Source: Deltaproteobacteria bacterium
GTDB taxonomy: Bacteria > Desulfobacterota > WTBG01 > JAGOGO01
Assembly: GCA_017996625.1 (NCBI GenBank)
Contig: JAGOGO010000001.1
Location: forward strand, 2,336 to 66,335
Reading direction: 5' to 3'
Length of the DNA: 64,000 bases
The first letter of the stretch is position 1. Every line of letters begins with the position of its first letter. This document shows, in pieces, positions 19,004 to 28,901 of the stretch. The notes beneath the pieces were generated by a model that saw only the letters and a program-made list of their open reading frames with translations, was not told the origin of the DNA and searched no databases. A program made the translations under genes and the position numbers.

Positions 19004-20194
19004 ATGAAGCCTTTGAAGGTGCTCGAAATAACCCAGTCTTCCGGGGGTGGTGTCCAGAAGTATGTGGTTCAGCTTTGCCAGCACCTGAACCGAAGCCGGT
19101 TTTCAGTAACTGGCTGCTGTGCCGTGCAGTCGCTGAGAGACGCCGAGAATGGTGATGTTCCTTTTCCCCTGGCGTTTGCGGAAGCAAAGGTACCGTATTT
19201 CATGGTGCCAATGGAACGTTCGATTAGCCCTCTGAAGGACCTTTTGGCTCTGGGCACGATATATCGAGAAATCAGAAATCGACACTTTGATATCGTGCAT
19301 GCCCATAGCTCGAAGGCAGGGGTGCTGGCCCGCATTGCCTCCCGCTGGACAAGGGTGCCGGTGGTTATTTATTCTCCTCATGCGTTTTCTTTTGCTGCTC
19401 CCGGATGGGGGAAAGAACAGCATATGTATATTATTTTTGAGCGAATTGCAGCTCGGTTCGGGGATATCATCATTGCCGATTCCCAGGGAGAAAGAGATCT
19501 GGCAATCGGTCATCGGATTGCTGATCCTGAAAATATAACCGTTATCTCTCCAGGAGTTCCTCTCGAAGACTATAAACCCCGGATGGCCGAAGAGCACAAG
19601 ATTCAACTCAGGGCTTCTCTGGGTATTAATCCGGACAGTGCGGTTATTATTTTTGTCGGCCGTCTGGCCACGCAGAAGGATCCAGTAACCTTCATTCAGG
19701 CCGCCGAGCATCTGGTAGCCGACATGCCTCAAGTTACCTTTTTGCTGGTGGGTGATGGTCCTTTGGCTGAGCAGTGCATTTATTTAATTCAGCAGGGACC
19801 ATTACATGATAGAATGAAGTTACTAGGGTGGCGTCGGGATTATCGAGATCTGCTTGCTCTTAGCGACATTGCTGTGGTTTCATCTCTTTTTGAGGGGCTA
19901 CCGTTTATTCTTTTGGAAGCTATGGCCCTTAGTATACCAGTCATCGCCACCGCTGTTGCCGGCAATCAGGACGTTGTCGTACACGAGAAAAACGGTCTTT
20001 TAGTCTCTCCAGAGGCACCGCTGGAAATAGCTGAACGATGCTGTTGGCTTCTACAGCATCCTGATCGGGCTAAGCACCTGAGCACTGCCGCCCGTCGCAC
20101 GGTAGAAAAGCGGTTCAGCATGGATACGATGCTTTCATTGACCGAACAGTTGTATATCAGCATGTATCAGAAAAAGAGTCTGCATCATGGTTGA
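19004..20194 (+). CDS. glycosyltransferase family 4 (GT-B) protein
   Basis: Motifs typical of GT4: EGLPFILLEAMALSIPVIAT, DIVHAHSSKAG, FVGRLATQKD. Confidence 0.85.
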   Translation: MKPLKVLEITQSSGGGVQKYVVQLCQHLNRSRFSVTGCCAVQSLRDAENGDVPFPLAFAEAKVPYFMVPMERSISPLKDLLALGTIYREIRNRHFDIVHAHSSKAGVLARIASRWTRVPVVIYSPHAFSFAAPGWGKEQHMYIIFERIAARFGDIIIADSQGERDLAIGHRIADPENITVISPGVPLEDYKPRMAEEHKIQLRASLGINPDSAVIIFVGRLATQKDPVTFIQAAEHLVADMPQVTFLLVGDGPLAEQCIYLIQQGPLHDRMKLLGWRRDYRDLLALSDIAVVSSLFEGLPFILLEAMALSIPVIATAVAGNQDVVVHEKNGLLVSPEAPLEIAERCCWLLQHPDRAKHLSTAARRTVEKRFSMDTMLSLTEQLYISMYQKKSLHHG

Positions 20195-20252
20195 CGGCAT
20201 TAGCAATCCCGCCTGCGGCGTGACTGGAGCTTTTTACTCCGCCGTATGATGT

Positions 20253-21677
20253 TTGCTTTTTATGGGGCCATTAATGGTTAAGAGGCACAGTCAGGTTTTC
20301 TTAACAATGCTTTTTGTCGGGGATATGGTGATTGTCGCTGGCAGCTGGCTGGCAGCCTACTATCTTCGATTTTATGTCGACTTCATTCCTATCTATAAAG
20401 AAATTCCACCCTTTCGAATATATTTTTCAGTCACATTCTATGCTGCTTTGATCTGGGCGATAACCTTCAGGGCTTTTGGCCTGTATAGTCCTATGCGCAC
20501 AGTGTCCAAGCTCGTAGAATCAACACGAATCGTAAAGGCATCGCTAGTTGCGTTTCTTGTTTTTATGGCAGTAGTCTTTTACCTTCGTGAATACAAATAC
20601 TCGCGCGGCGTACTTATTTATTTTTGGATCGTGAGCACCGTGGGACTGGTTTTTGCCCGCGGCACCATGCGCACAATCCTCCGCTTCTTCCGGAGGAAGG
20701 GGTATAACCTGCGCTTTATCTTGATTATTGGGGCTGGGGAACTTGGAAGGAGGCTTCTGCGTAGTATCAAAGCGCACCCGGAACTCGGTATGCGGGTGGT
20801 GGGATTCCTCACTCGACATCAGAAGAAGCTGAGGACCAGAATTGACGGAGTTCCTGTTCTCGGTGTGTATGAGGATGTACAGAATATCATCCGATCTCAG
20901 CCGATCGATCAGGTGTTCCTCGCTCTGCCTTTGGAAGAACACGCCCGATTGCGTGAGGTGATGCGAAGGATCGACAATGAAATTGTCGACGTGAAGATCA
21001 TTCCGGATATCTTTGAATACATGACCCTGGGTGCAGGGATCGCAGAACTCGATAACATGCCGATTATCAGTCTTCGCGATTCACCGCTTTACGGCTGGAA
21101 CCGTATCCTGAAGCGAGTATTCGATGTTGTGTTGTCACTTCTTCTGCTCATACTGCTTTCTCCCCTTATGGCAGGCATTGCCTGCCTGATCAAGCTCACC
21201 TCTCCCGGACCGATTTTTTTTCGCCAGGAGCGAATGGGCTTGGACGGGAAGCTTTTTACGATGCTTAAGTTTCGAACTATGGTCGAACATGCCGAGAAAG
21301 AAACCGGTCCGGTTTGGGCGAGCGCAAACGACGGTCGCCGCACGTGGATTGGAGCTTTTCTGAGAAAAACCAGTCTTGATGAACTTCCTCAATTCTTTAA
21401 CGTCTTAAAGGGTAACATGAGCATTGTTGGCCCCCGCCCGGAACGAGCTTTTTTTATTAATCAATTTAAAGAGATTGTTCCTCATTATATGCTCCGCCAT
21501 AAGATCAAGGCCGGTATAACCGGTTGGGCCCAGATAAATGGTTGGCGGGGAAACACATCGATCGAGAAGAGAATAGAGCACGATATTTATTATATTGAAA
21601 ACTGGTCTCTTCTTTTTGACGTGAAAATTATTGTGCTGACTCTTTGGAAGGGTATGCTGAGCAAGCACGCCTACTAG
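20253..21677 (+). CDS. polyprenyl-phosphate sugar phosphotransferase (WbaP/exopolysaccharide priming transferase family)
   Basis: N-terminal TM helices, central Rossmann-like region, C-terminal bacterial sugar transferase domain (KRVFDVVLSLLLLILLSPLM...PGPIFFRQERMGLDGKLFTMLKFRTM...LDELPQFFNVLKGNMSIVGPRPE). Confidence 0.9.
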   Translation: MLFMGPLMVKRHSQVFLTMLFVGDMVIVAGSWLAAYYLRFYVDFIPIYKEIPPFRIYFSVTFYAALIWAITFRAFGLYSPMRTVSKLVESTRIVKASLVAFLVFMAVVFYLREYKYSRGVLIYFWIVSTVGLVFARGTMRTILRFFRRKGYNLRFILIIGAGELGRRLLRSIKAHPELGMRVVGFLTRHQKKLRTRIDGVPVLGVYEDVQNIIRSQPIDQVFLALPLEEHARLREVMRRIDNEIVDVKIIPDIFEYMTLGAGIAELDNMPIISLRDSPLYGWNRILKRVFDVVLSLLLLILLSPLMAGIACLIKLTSPGPIFFRQERMGLDGKLFTMLKFRTMVEHAEKETGPVWASANDGRRTWIGAFLRKTSLDELPQFFNVLKGNMSIVGPRPERAFFINQFKEIVPHYMLRHKIKAGITGWAQINGWRGNTSIEKRIEHDIYYIENWSLLFDVKIIVLTLWKGMLSKHAY

Positions 21678-22499
21678 ACACGATACACTCCGCTTCTCAT
21701 TCAAATGCATGACAGAATGTCTCACGCTTGTATGATGCTCTCTGTTAATTTGAACAACACAGAAGCCTGAAAGAGTGTTATTCAGTTTTGCCGCTCTTCT
21801 TGAATGCCTCACAGTTTCTTTCAAGAACGAAACGTAGTGTCAAGCCTTATGCAAGATTAGAAAAATATTAGCTAAATTTGAGATCTTAGCGTTGTGCTAA
21901 GGTGGACGGAAATACTCGACTTGATCTGGAGGAAGATAAAGGCTGACCGGAATGTTTTACTCTGGCGTGATTGGATCCAAAAAAGGGGTGAGACGGGTAT
22001 ATCACATTGTTTTTGTGGTGAGTTTAAGACCCAAGGGGAGTATGGAGTGAATGATATACCCGTCGTACCCTAATAAAGAGGAGGAGATTATCCGCATCCA
22101 TCAGCAATTGCAAATATTGTACCAGCTTCAGCATGGTACGTATTCAACAAGAAGGACTTGTTCATTTTTGGCTGTTCGTTTCTAATTGAAGAGAAAATCG
22201 AGACATATTGTCTCAGCAAGGCAAGTTAGGGTGTAAATGTGTCACATAAATCCTCGGTGCTATTCATTCGACAACAAAGTTTTGCTTGAAGAAAGCATGC
22301 TTGTGTGAAAATATAGCAAAAAAAATTTGCACATTCATAAAATACTGTTAAGGTGTTGGTAAGCAATACGTTCTGTTTGCAGATATCGCCTTGTCCTGGA
22401 GAAAATTTCAGTAACAAATGTATTGCTGTTAGAAGTGGTAAGAATATTTATAAGACGTATTGTGGCTTTGGCCGGGAGAGAAAGAAGGAAAGATGACGC

Positions 22500-23813
22500 A
22501 TGCATAAGCTCTTTCTATGGACGCTGCTGATTTTCTGTGCTTTGGTTTTTGTGGTCGTAACAGTTGGAGATAATGAGTCATATGCTCCGGCTCCTCAGCT
22601 CACTGAATCCGAAAATTTCATTCTCGAAGGAGCCAAAGTACTTGAGCGCGGCCTGATTGAAAAGGAAGAAGTTGCAGCAGAGTGTCCTTCCACGAATACC
22701 GTGTGCGGAATTGTGCAATCAGGGCAGTCATTCTATTCGATAATGTGCGATCAGGGATTCTCTCCTCTTGCAGTTCATCACTACATTGATGCATTCAAGG
22801 AGGTGTTAAACTGCGGAAAACTTTCTACGGGAGATGAATATCGAATCGTAACTGATGACACTGACAATCTGGTCAGTTGTACCATTATCAGGGGCCCGGT
22901 TGACGTCTTCACCCTGTGCCATAATGGAGAGAATTTGGTTGCCTCAAAAGAGGCTATTGCTCTCGAGCAGAGGGTTGTACAGGTTCAAGGGACGATTAAG
23001 GACTCGGTATTCGGTGCAGTTCTGGATGCCGGAGAAAGAGAACAGCTTGCTATTAAGCTGGCGGATATCTTTGCCTGGGATATTGACTTTCGCCACGATC
23101 TCCATAGGGATGATAAGTTCACGATCATACTTGAAAAATACTATAAAGATGATGAGCTTGTCTGTTATGGTAATATCTTGGCGGTTGAGTTTAAGACTCA
23201 GCAAAGGGTTCACCGAGCAATTTTTTTCCGGAACGTCGACGGCCACGAAGATTACTACACGCCTGAAGGCTATTCCATACGCCGTTGTTTTCTGCGATCA
23301 CCGTTGCGCTTTACGAGGATAAGCTCGGGCTATTCTAAGCAGCGTTTTCATCCTATCCTCAAGACGTATCGGCCTCACCTTGGAGTTGACTTTGCGGCTC
23401 CGACTGGAACTCCCGTATGGGCAGTGGCCGATGGAGTGGTAACCTTCAAGGGGTGGAAGAGTGGCAATGGGAATACGGTCACCATTCGCCATCCAGGTGG
23501 ATATGAAACCATGTACAACCATCTTTCCCGTTACGGAAAGAACATCAGCCGAGGCACGTCCGTCCGGCAGAAGGATATTATCGGCTATGTTGGTACTACT
23601 GGCTTATCGACCGGGCCCCATCTCGATTACCGGATGAAAAAGAATGGTGTTTTCATTAATCCTCTCCAGGAAAAATTTCCATTTGGCATGCCTATTCCGG
23701 AAGGCAGCAGACAGGTATTTCTGCAGTTATCGAAGCAGATGATCGCCTGCCTCGAATCTGACAAGATTCCTTCGTCGGTAATGATGGCTGAGGCACGATC
23801 AGACCAGGAATAA
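22500..23813 (+). CDS. M23 family metallopeptidase with N-terminal membrane anchor
   Basis: N-terminal TM helix. C-terminal LytM/M23 motifs HLGVDFAAPTGTPVWAVADGVV...GNTVTIRHPGGYETMYNHL...GYVGTTGLSTGPHLDYR. Confidence 0.85.
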   Translation: MHKLFLWTLLIFCALVFVVVTVGDNESYAPAPQLTESENFILEGAKVLERGLIEKEEVAAECPSTNTVCGIVQSGQSFYSIMCDQGFSPLAVHHYIDAFKEVLNCGKLSTGDEYRIVTDDTDNLVSCTIIRGPVDVFTLCHNGENLVASKEAIALEQRVVQVQGTIKDSVFGAVLDAGEREQLAIKLADIFAWDIDFRHDLHRDDKFTIILEKYYKDDELVCYGNILAVEFKTQQRVHRAIFFRNVDGHEDYYTPEGYSIRRCFLRSPLRFTRISSGYSKQRFHPILKTYRPHLGVDFAAPTGTPVWAVADGVVTFKGWKSGNGNTVTIRHPGGYETMYNHLSRYGKNISRGTSVRQKDIIGYVGTTGLSTGPHLDYRMKKNGVFINPLQEKFPFGMPIPEGSRQVFLQLSKQMIACLESDKIPSSVMMAEARSDQE

Positions 23814-23872
23814 CCCGGATTACTATGCTGCTTTCAGCAAATGCGGGCAGCATTTTGATAGGTTAAAAACGA

Positions 23873-24322
23873 GTGCGTGTCGTTATCCAGCGTGTAAAGG
23901 AAGCCGAGGTGGTGGTCAGTGGTGAACTGATTAGTCATGTTGATCATGGCCTTCTTGTCCTTCTCGGCGTGAGCTCCGAAGACGACTACGAAGATGTCGA
24001 TCTTCTTGTAGACAAAATTGTTAACTTGCGGATTTTCGAAGATCAGGAAGGAAAACTGAACCATTCTCTGCTCGACGTGAAGGGGGAAATGCTGGTGGTT
24101 TCACAATTTACGCTCCTCGCAGCATGCAAGAAGGGTAGACGTCCTTCTTTTACCGCTGCTGCCGCTCCCGAACAGGCAAATGATCTCTATCAGCGTTTCA
24201 TTGCCGGGGTTCGGAGCCGAGGATTGCGCGTGGAAACCGGCCGGTTTCAGGCAAGCATGGATGTTCGCCTCATTAACTATGGTCCGGTAACCATTCTCCT
24301 GGATACGAGGAAGGATTTGTGA
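23873..24322 (+). CDS. dtd: D-aminoacyl-tRNA deacylase
   Basis: 149 aa, GTG start. (M)RVVIQRVKEAEVVV...GLLVLLGV...SQFTLLA and C-terminal GPVT match the Dtd family. Confidence 0.9.
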   Translation: MRVVIQRVKEAEVVVSGELISHVDHGLLVLLGVSSEDDYEDVDLLVDKIVNLRIFEDQEGKLNHSLLDVKGEMLVVSQFTLLAACKKGRRPSFTAAAAPEQANDLYQRFIAGVRSRGLRVETGRFQASMDVRLINYGPVTILLDTRKDL

Positions 24323-24326
24323 AGCC

Positions 24327-24926
24327 ATGACCGGTGTTATCCTGTCCGGCGGTGCAAGCAAACGCATGGGCCGCAACAAGGCTTTTATCGAGATCGAAGG
24401 TGAAAGAATCATCGATCGTACGGTTCGTGTTTTCAATGATCTTTTTGATGAAGTGATGATTGTATCCAATGCTCCTCTCGAATACGCGTACCTGGGAGTT
24501 CGCGTGGTCACTGATCTTCTGCCACACCGAGGTTCCCTGGGCGGCCTTTATACTGGTCTGTACCTCTCTTCGTCTTCCAAAGCATTTTTTGTCAGTTGCG
24601 ACATGCCTTTTCTAAACAAGAAGGTAATCTCATATTTCATCAGCAGAGCCGAAGGCGTTGATCTGGTAGTCTATCACTGCCAGAGTTACTGGGAACCCCT
24701 TCATGCCGTGTATTCCCAAAGCTTTCTCAAACCGTTTGAGCGGCTTCTCCAGCATGGTGAGCTAAAGATCGTTGAAGCGTACAAGCACATGAAGATACGC
24801 GAAGTGAAGAAAGCAGAAATCCAGCCATTTGATCCTGACCTGCATTCCTTGACAAATATCAATACCCCTGCGGACCTGCAGAAAATTTGCTCGCTTACCC
24901 GTACGGAATCACCATCTTTGGAGTAA
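24327..24926 (+). CDS. mobA: molybdenum cofactor guanylyltransferase
   Basis: 199 aa. N-terminal GVILSGGASKRMGRNKAFIE, and GPL-type loop. Confidence 0.8.
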   Translation: MTGVILSGGASKRMGRNKAFIEIEGERIIDRTVRVFNDLFDEVMIVSNAPLEYAYLGVRVVTDLLPHRGSLGGLYTGLYLSSSSKAFFVSCDMPFLNKKVISYFISRAEGVDLVVYHCQSYWEPLHAVYSQSFLKPFERLLQHGELKIVEAYKHMKIREVKKAEIQPFDPDLHSLTNINTPADLQKICSLTRTESPSLE

Positions 24927-25007
24927 GAATCGTCTTTCTTGCTGATTCGATGTAAAAGTCGGTGTCGTCTCACAGTTGTTGCCTCTAACAAAAATAGCGG
25001 CTGAACG

Positions 25008-25033
25008 GAGCGGGCACAGAACCCCGCTTTTCT
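25008..25033 (+). terminator. probable intrinsic terminator after mobA
   Basis: GAGCGGG-CACAGAA-CCCCGCTTTTCT: short GC stem plus T-run. Confidence 0.35.
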
Positions 25034-25075
25034 GAGCCTGACGTCTTGCGTTGGAAACAAGGAAGTCATAAGTCA

Positions 25076-26461
25076 ATGAAACGTTACTTTTTCATCGGTA
25101 TTGGCGGCAGCGGCATGAGTGCCCTTGCCCAGTTGAGCCGCAAGCAGGGGGCAACGGTGAGCGGTTCGGATCGAAATTATGACTGTGGTGTTGATCCCGA
25201 GTTGTTTGGCCGCCTTTGCCATCAAGGCATTAGCCTTTTTCCCCAGGATGGAAGCGGAATCACCGAAGCCCTGGATGAGGTGGTGGTTTCAGCAGCAGTG
25301 GAAGAGGGAAATCCGGATCTGAGGAGGGCTGCCGAACTGGGTCTGCCGGTTTCTTCTCGCAGCCACTTCCTGGCCAGGATCTTCAATCAGTCTCGAGGAA
25401 TTGCAGTAGCTGGCAGTAGCGGCAAATCGACAATTACTGCTATGGCAGCGCGTATTATGGATGCTGCCGGACTTGATCCCACCGTGATTAATGGAGCGGT
25501 TATCCCTGAATATCGTACAACCGGAAATGTGGGTAATCTGAAGCTTGGTAATTCTGACTATCTGTTGATAGAAACAGATGAGAGTGATGGGTCCGTGGCG
25601 CAGTATCATTCCGAGGTCGGTATCTTGGCAAACATTTCTAAAGATCATAAGCCCTTATGTGAACTGAAGGAAATATTCTCTGCATTTTTAAAAAATATAA
25701 AGTCGGCAGCTGTCGTCAACATGGACTGTCCTTATGTCCGAGAACTCTGTTCTCGATTCCCTGACGTCAATATGGTATCCTTTGCACTGGAGCACGAAAG
25801 CAACATTCATCCGGCATCCATTACCCGGACCGCGCAGGGTTCTTCGTTCAGAATAGAAGATGTTGAGTTTCGTCTTTCTGTACCTGGGCTGCACAATGTG
25901 GCTAACGCCCTAGCGGCGATCGCACTGGGAAGACAGTTGGGTATTTCTCTGACAAGTATGAGTCAGGCGCTCAGTTCATTTCGTGGCGTGGCCAGACGTC
26001 TGGAGCGAGTAGGTTGTGCAGGTGGTATAACCGTGTTCGACGACTTTGCTCATAATCCGGCAAAAATAGCTGCTTCTCTGAGTGCCTTGAGGAACGAGGA
26101 TAATCGCATTATCCTGCTTTATCAGCCCCATGGCTATGGACCGACGCGGTTTTTTAAGGATGAATTGGTGGAAACTTTCAACAATTACTTGACTTCATCT
26201 GATTATCTCATATTATTAAATATTTACTATGCAGGTGGGACAGCGGAAGCATCCATTTCTTCGACTGAAATTCTCAGTGCTATTCACAAACCTCACGCTG
26301 AAGTAATTCAAGATCGGCAGCAGGTGCCAGTTCGGGTGCTGGAAATTGCACAGCCTGGGGACGTTGTCATCGTAATGGGAGCCCGGGACCCTACGTTAAG
26401 CAATTTGGCGCGCTTGCTGGTTACGATGTTTGAAGAGGAAAAGCCTTCGTGCTGTTTATAA
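25076..26461 (+). CDS. Mur ligase family protein (MurC/Mpl-like UDP-N-acetylmuramate ligase)
   Basis: N-terminal dinucleotide-type fold FIGIGGSGMSALA...VSGSD, ATP-binding GIAVAGSSGKSTITAM, and Mur ligase central/C-terminal domains. Lies outside any dcw cluster, so Mpl (recycling ligase) is as likely as MurC. Confidence 0.65.
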   Translation: MKRYFFIGIGGSGMSALAQLSRKQGATVSGSDRNYDCGVDPELFGRLCHQGISLFPQDGSGITEALDEVVVSAAVEEGNPDLRRAAELGLPVSSRSHFLARIFNQSRGIAVAGSSGKSTITAMAARIMDAAGLDPTVINGAVIPEYRTTGNVGNLKLGNSDYLLIETDESDGSVAQYHSEVGILANISKDHKPLCELKEIFSAFLKNIKSAAVVNMDCPYVRELCSRFPDVNMVSFALEHESNIHPASITRTAQGSSFRIEDVEFRLSVPGLHNVANALAAIALGRQLGISLTSMSQALSSFRGVARRLERVGCAGGITVFDDFAHNPAKIAASLSALRNEDNRIILLYQPHGYGPTRFFKDELVETFNNYLTSSDYLILLNIYYAGGTAEASISSTEILSAIHKPHAEVIQDRQQVPVRVLEIAQPGDVVIVMGARDPTLSNLARLLVTMFEEEKPSCCL

Positions 26462-26506
26462 CTTTTATCTTAAGGAACCACTACCTAACTGAGAGGAGAT
26501 ACAACA

Positions 26507-26995
26507 GTGAACAGCTACGATGACGAAGAACGGGAACGCCCGTCGTGGAGCGAGATAGACAAACGCAAGGACCAAAGCAGACACGTTTCTGCGGAGCGAG
26601 CTCAACCAAAAAAATCCCGTTTGCACACGTGGGCTGCCAGGCAGTATCGTAAGGAGCTAGAGCGCTTGTGGATGGGGAAGAAGGGAACCGAGGAATGCCG
26701 AAAAGCTTTGGGTGAGATCCACAAGCGACATGGAACTCCGAAATTTCACACGACGGTCAAAGCCTTTATCAAGGAGTATGGACTCCCCGATGATTGGGAA
26801 ACTCTTTTTCTTTTGCTGGATTATCGTGATGTCGATACGGTACGGGAAGTAATGGAAAAGCTAAAAGACCTCTATCCGGAGAAGGGTCTGACCGAGATGC
26901 AAGGTTTTAGAGCCAAATTGGATATCATGGCGAGCACTGCAGGCAATGAAAAGTTGCGAGAGTCGGCACGAACGGTATTGATTGAGCTTCAGTAG
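26507..26995 (+). CDS. hypothetical protein (charged, 162 aa)
   Basis: GTG-initiated ORF with a K/R/E-rich N-terminal half and no recognisable domain. Convergent with the PxxKW-type gene. Confidence 0.35.
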   Translation: MNSYDDEERERPSWSEIDKRKDQSRHVSAERAQPKKSRLHTWAARQYRKELERLWMGKKGTEECRKALGEIHKRHGTPKFHTTVKAFIKEYGLPDDWETLFLLLDYRDVDTVREVMEKLKDLYPEKGLTEMQGFRAKLDIMASTAGNEKLRESARTVLIELQ

Positions 26996-27095
26996 CGAAA
27001 AGGGGGAAACGACCTAAAAGTGCAAGAAGGGGTGAACGGCTGGCAACGAGAAGGAATCGGATTAGCCGCCGCCCACCCGGAGGCATGAGCCAAGA
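26996..27095. repeat. intergenic element, family member (AAAAGTGCAAGAAGGGGTGAACGG) in convergent gap
   Basis: Shares TGCAAGAAG...GGGGTGA with member C, and the GGTGAAC core with A and E. Confidence 0.4.
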
Positions 27096-27101
27096 GAGTC
27101 A

Positions 27102-27353
27102 CTACATTTTACCTGCTGCCTTACGTTTGGAAGCCTTGAGAGCATTGAGAGCTTTCTTCTGCGTTGTATCTTCCTTTTTCACGTGAGTAGCAAAGTTGCA
27201 CGAACCATTCTTCCACTTTAATTGTGGCTCAGCGTAAATCGAACAGAATTTTCCGGTTTCATATTCCACAATCCGTGTGCAACCTTCGCATTCTGCTGTT
27301 ACGGTATAGCATTTGCCGCCATTATAGCCACATCCGGTTTTTTTCATAAACAT
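27102..27353 (-). CDS. PxxKW-type small cysteine-rich protein
   Basis: 84 aa from internal ATG (MFMKKTGCGYNGGKCYTVTAECEGCTRIVEYETGKFCSIYAEPQLKWKNGSCNFATHV...). Six spaced Cys and the P-x-x-K-W motif match the small family NCBI annotates as PxxKW family cysteine-rich protein. Plausible AAGG ribosome-binding site upstream of this ATG. Confidence 0.55.
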   Translation of the reverse strand: MFMKKTGCGYNGGKCYTVTAECEGCTRIVEYETGKFCSIYAEPQLKWKNGSCNFATHVKKEDTTQKKALNALKASKRKAAGKM

Positions 27354-27808
27354 GCAGTCAACGCCTTTTTTCAGTGTCTGACAGAGCACGAGAACCACCG
27401 CCTTTCTTCAATCTTACTGACCCTTGTTCAGCGATACATGAATGATGATGTTGAAAGATAAAAGACAACCCGACTATCAGCGACTAAGATATCGGGTTCG
27501 GTCGACATAATAAATGATCAATTATTATACACTTGTGTAATTTTGTCAAGAAAAAAAGAAAACTATTTTCCTCCCGGTGTACTGTTCTTTAGAAAAAGAT
27601 GCTTTGTTTTTCTGGTCGGATAATAATCTGTTTGCTCTATGTTTATGGTATTAACAGAGGTTAAGGTGTGGGTTTCGTCTCTTGCGACAGATTTTGCTTG
27701 GTGTGTTGCATTGAGAGGGAGATTACGGTAAAAAAGGAAACTAGCCTTTCAGAAATGCATGATCAGCCTGACGGAGTACGTATTACTGAAGGACTGAAGA
27801 CATGAGTT

Positions 27809-28885
27809 TTGGTCAGAAACACCGGTACGCATGGTTTTTCCTTTATTCCATCACTGACTTATTTACGTCCATCACTGAGAATTCCTGTAAAGAAGAATGC
27901 TTTGAAAAATCTTATTCGACGACTTGGTGATACCATCCTGGACGGGAAATCCCTCGGATTTTCCGAGGCAGTTTCGCTGTTAGCGGTCAATCAGTGCGAT
28001 CTCGTCGATCTTTTTGCTGCAGCTAATCGCGTGCGGCACCAGTTTCTTGGTGATCAAATTGAGTTCTGTACTATTATAAATGCCAAGTCCGGTCGTTGCT
28101 CTGAAGACTGCCGGTTTTGTGCTCAGTCCGCTCATTATACGGGAACGTGTGAGACGTATGCTATGCTCCCGGTCGAGGATATGCTTGCAGCCGCACTCGA
28201 TGCCAGCCGCCGCAAGGTTCAACGGTTCAGTATTGTAACGAGCGGAAGAACTCTTTCCCGTAAAGATCTAAAAACTGTTTGCACCGCTTCCGAGCGGATT
28301 CGAGAAAAAACACCTATGCTGGTCGATTGTTCCCTCGGATTTCTCTCTGCTGATCAGGCAAAGGCGTTAAAAGAAGCAGGCATAGATCGTTACCATCATA
28401 ATCTCGAGACTGCAGCAAGCTTTTTTGAGAAAGTCTGCACGACCCATACCTTCAGTGAAAAGCTGGCCACTATCAGCCGAGTCAAAGAAGCCGGTATGAG
28501 TATATGTTGCGGGGGCATTATGGGCCTCGGAGAAACTCCGGAACAGTGGCTAGAGCTTGTGTTTCAGTTGAGAGACCTGGAAGTGGATTGCATCCCCGTC
28601 AATATCCTGAATGCACGTCCTGGAACACCGCTCGAACAGGAAACACCACGTCCGCCTCACGCGGTACTAAAGATGCTTGCCATTACCAGGCTTATCGTTC
28701 CTCGTGCTGAGATTCGGCTTGCCGGAGGACGGGAAGTGAACCTGCGTGACCTCCAGAGTGCAGCTTTTTTGGCTGGGGTATCGGGAATGATCGTTGGGGG
28801 GTATTTGACGACACCTGGTCGCAGTATTGAAGAAGACAATCAATTAATCCGAGATCTAGGGCTTATCAGGGTACAAGACGGATGA
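27809..28885 (+). CDS. bioB: biotin synthase
   Basis: Radical SAM CxxxCxxC (CSEDCRFCAQS), YHHNLET, and GGIMGLGET motifs of BioB. 5' end uncertain: no in-frame ATG near the expected N-terminus; a TTG near 27899 (…KNLIRRLGD) is a plausible start. Confidence 0.8.
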   Translation: MVRNTGTHGFSFIPSLTYLRPSLRIPVKKNALKNLIRRLGDTILDGKSLGFSEAVSLLAVNQCDLVDLFAAANRVRHQFLGDQIEFCTIINAKSGRCSEDCRFCAQSAHYTGTCETYAMLPVEDMLAAALDASRRKVQRFSIVTSGRTLSRKDLKTVCTASERIREKTPMLVDCSLGFLSADQAKALKEAGIDRYHHNLETAASFFEKVCTTHTFSEKLATISRVKEAGMSICCGGIMGLGETPEQWLELVFQLRDLEVDCIPVNILNARPGTPLEQETPRPPHAVLKMLAITRLIVPRAEIRLAGGREVNLRDLQSAAFLAGVSGMIVGGYLTTPGRSIEEDNQLIRDLGLIRVQDG

Positions 28886-28901
28886 AAGAGAAGGTGGTGC
28901 T

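Noticed and set aside
22226-22417. 63-aa minus-strand ORF inside the AT-rich gap
   Set aside because: No ribosome-binding site and no homology. Stop-poor AT-rich DNA yields such ORFs by chance.
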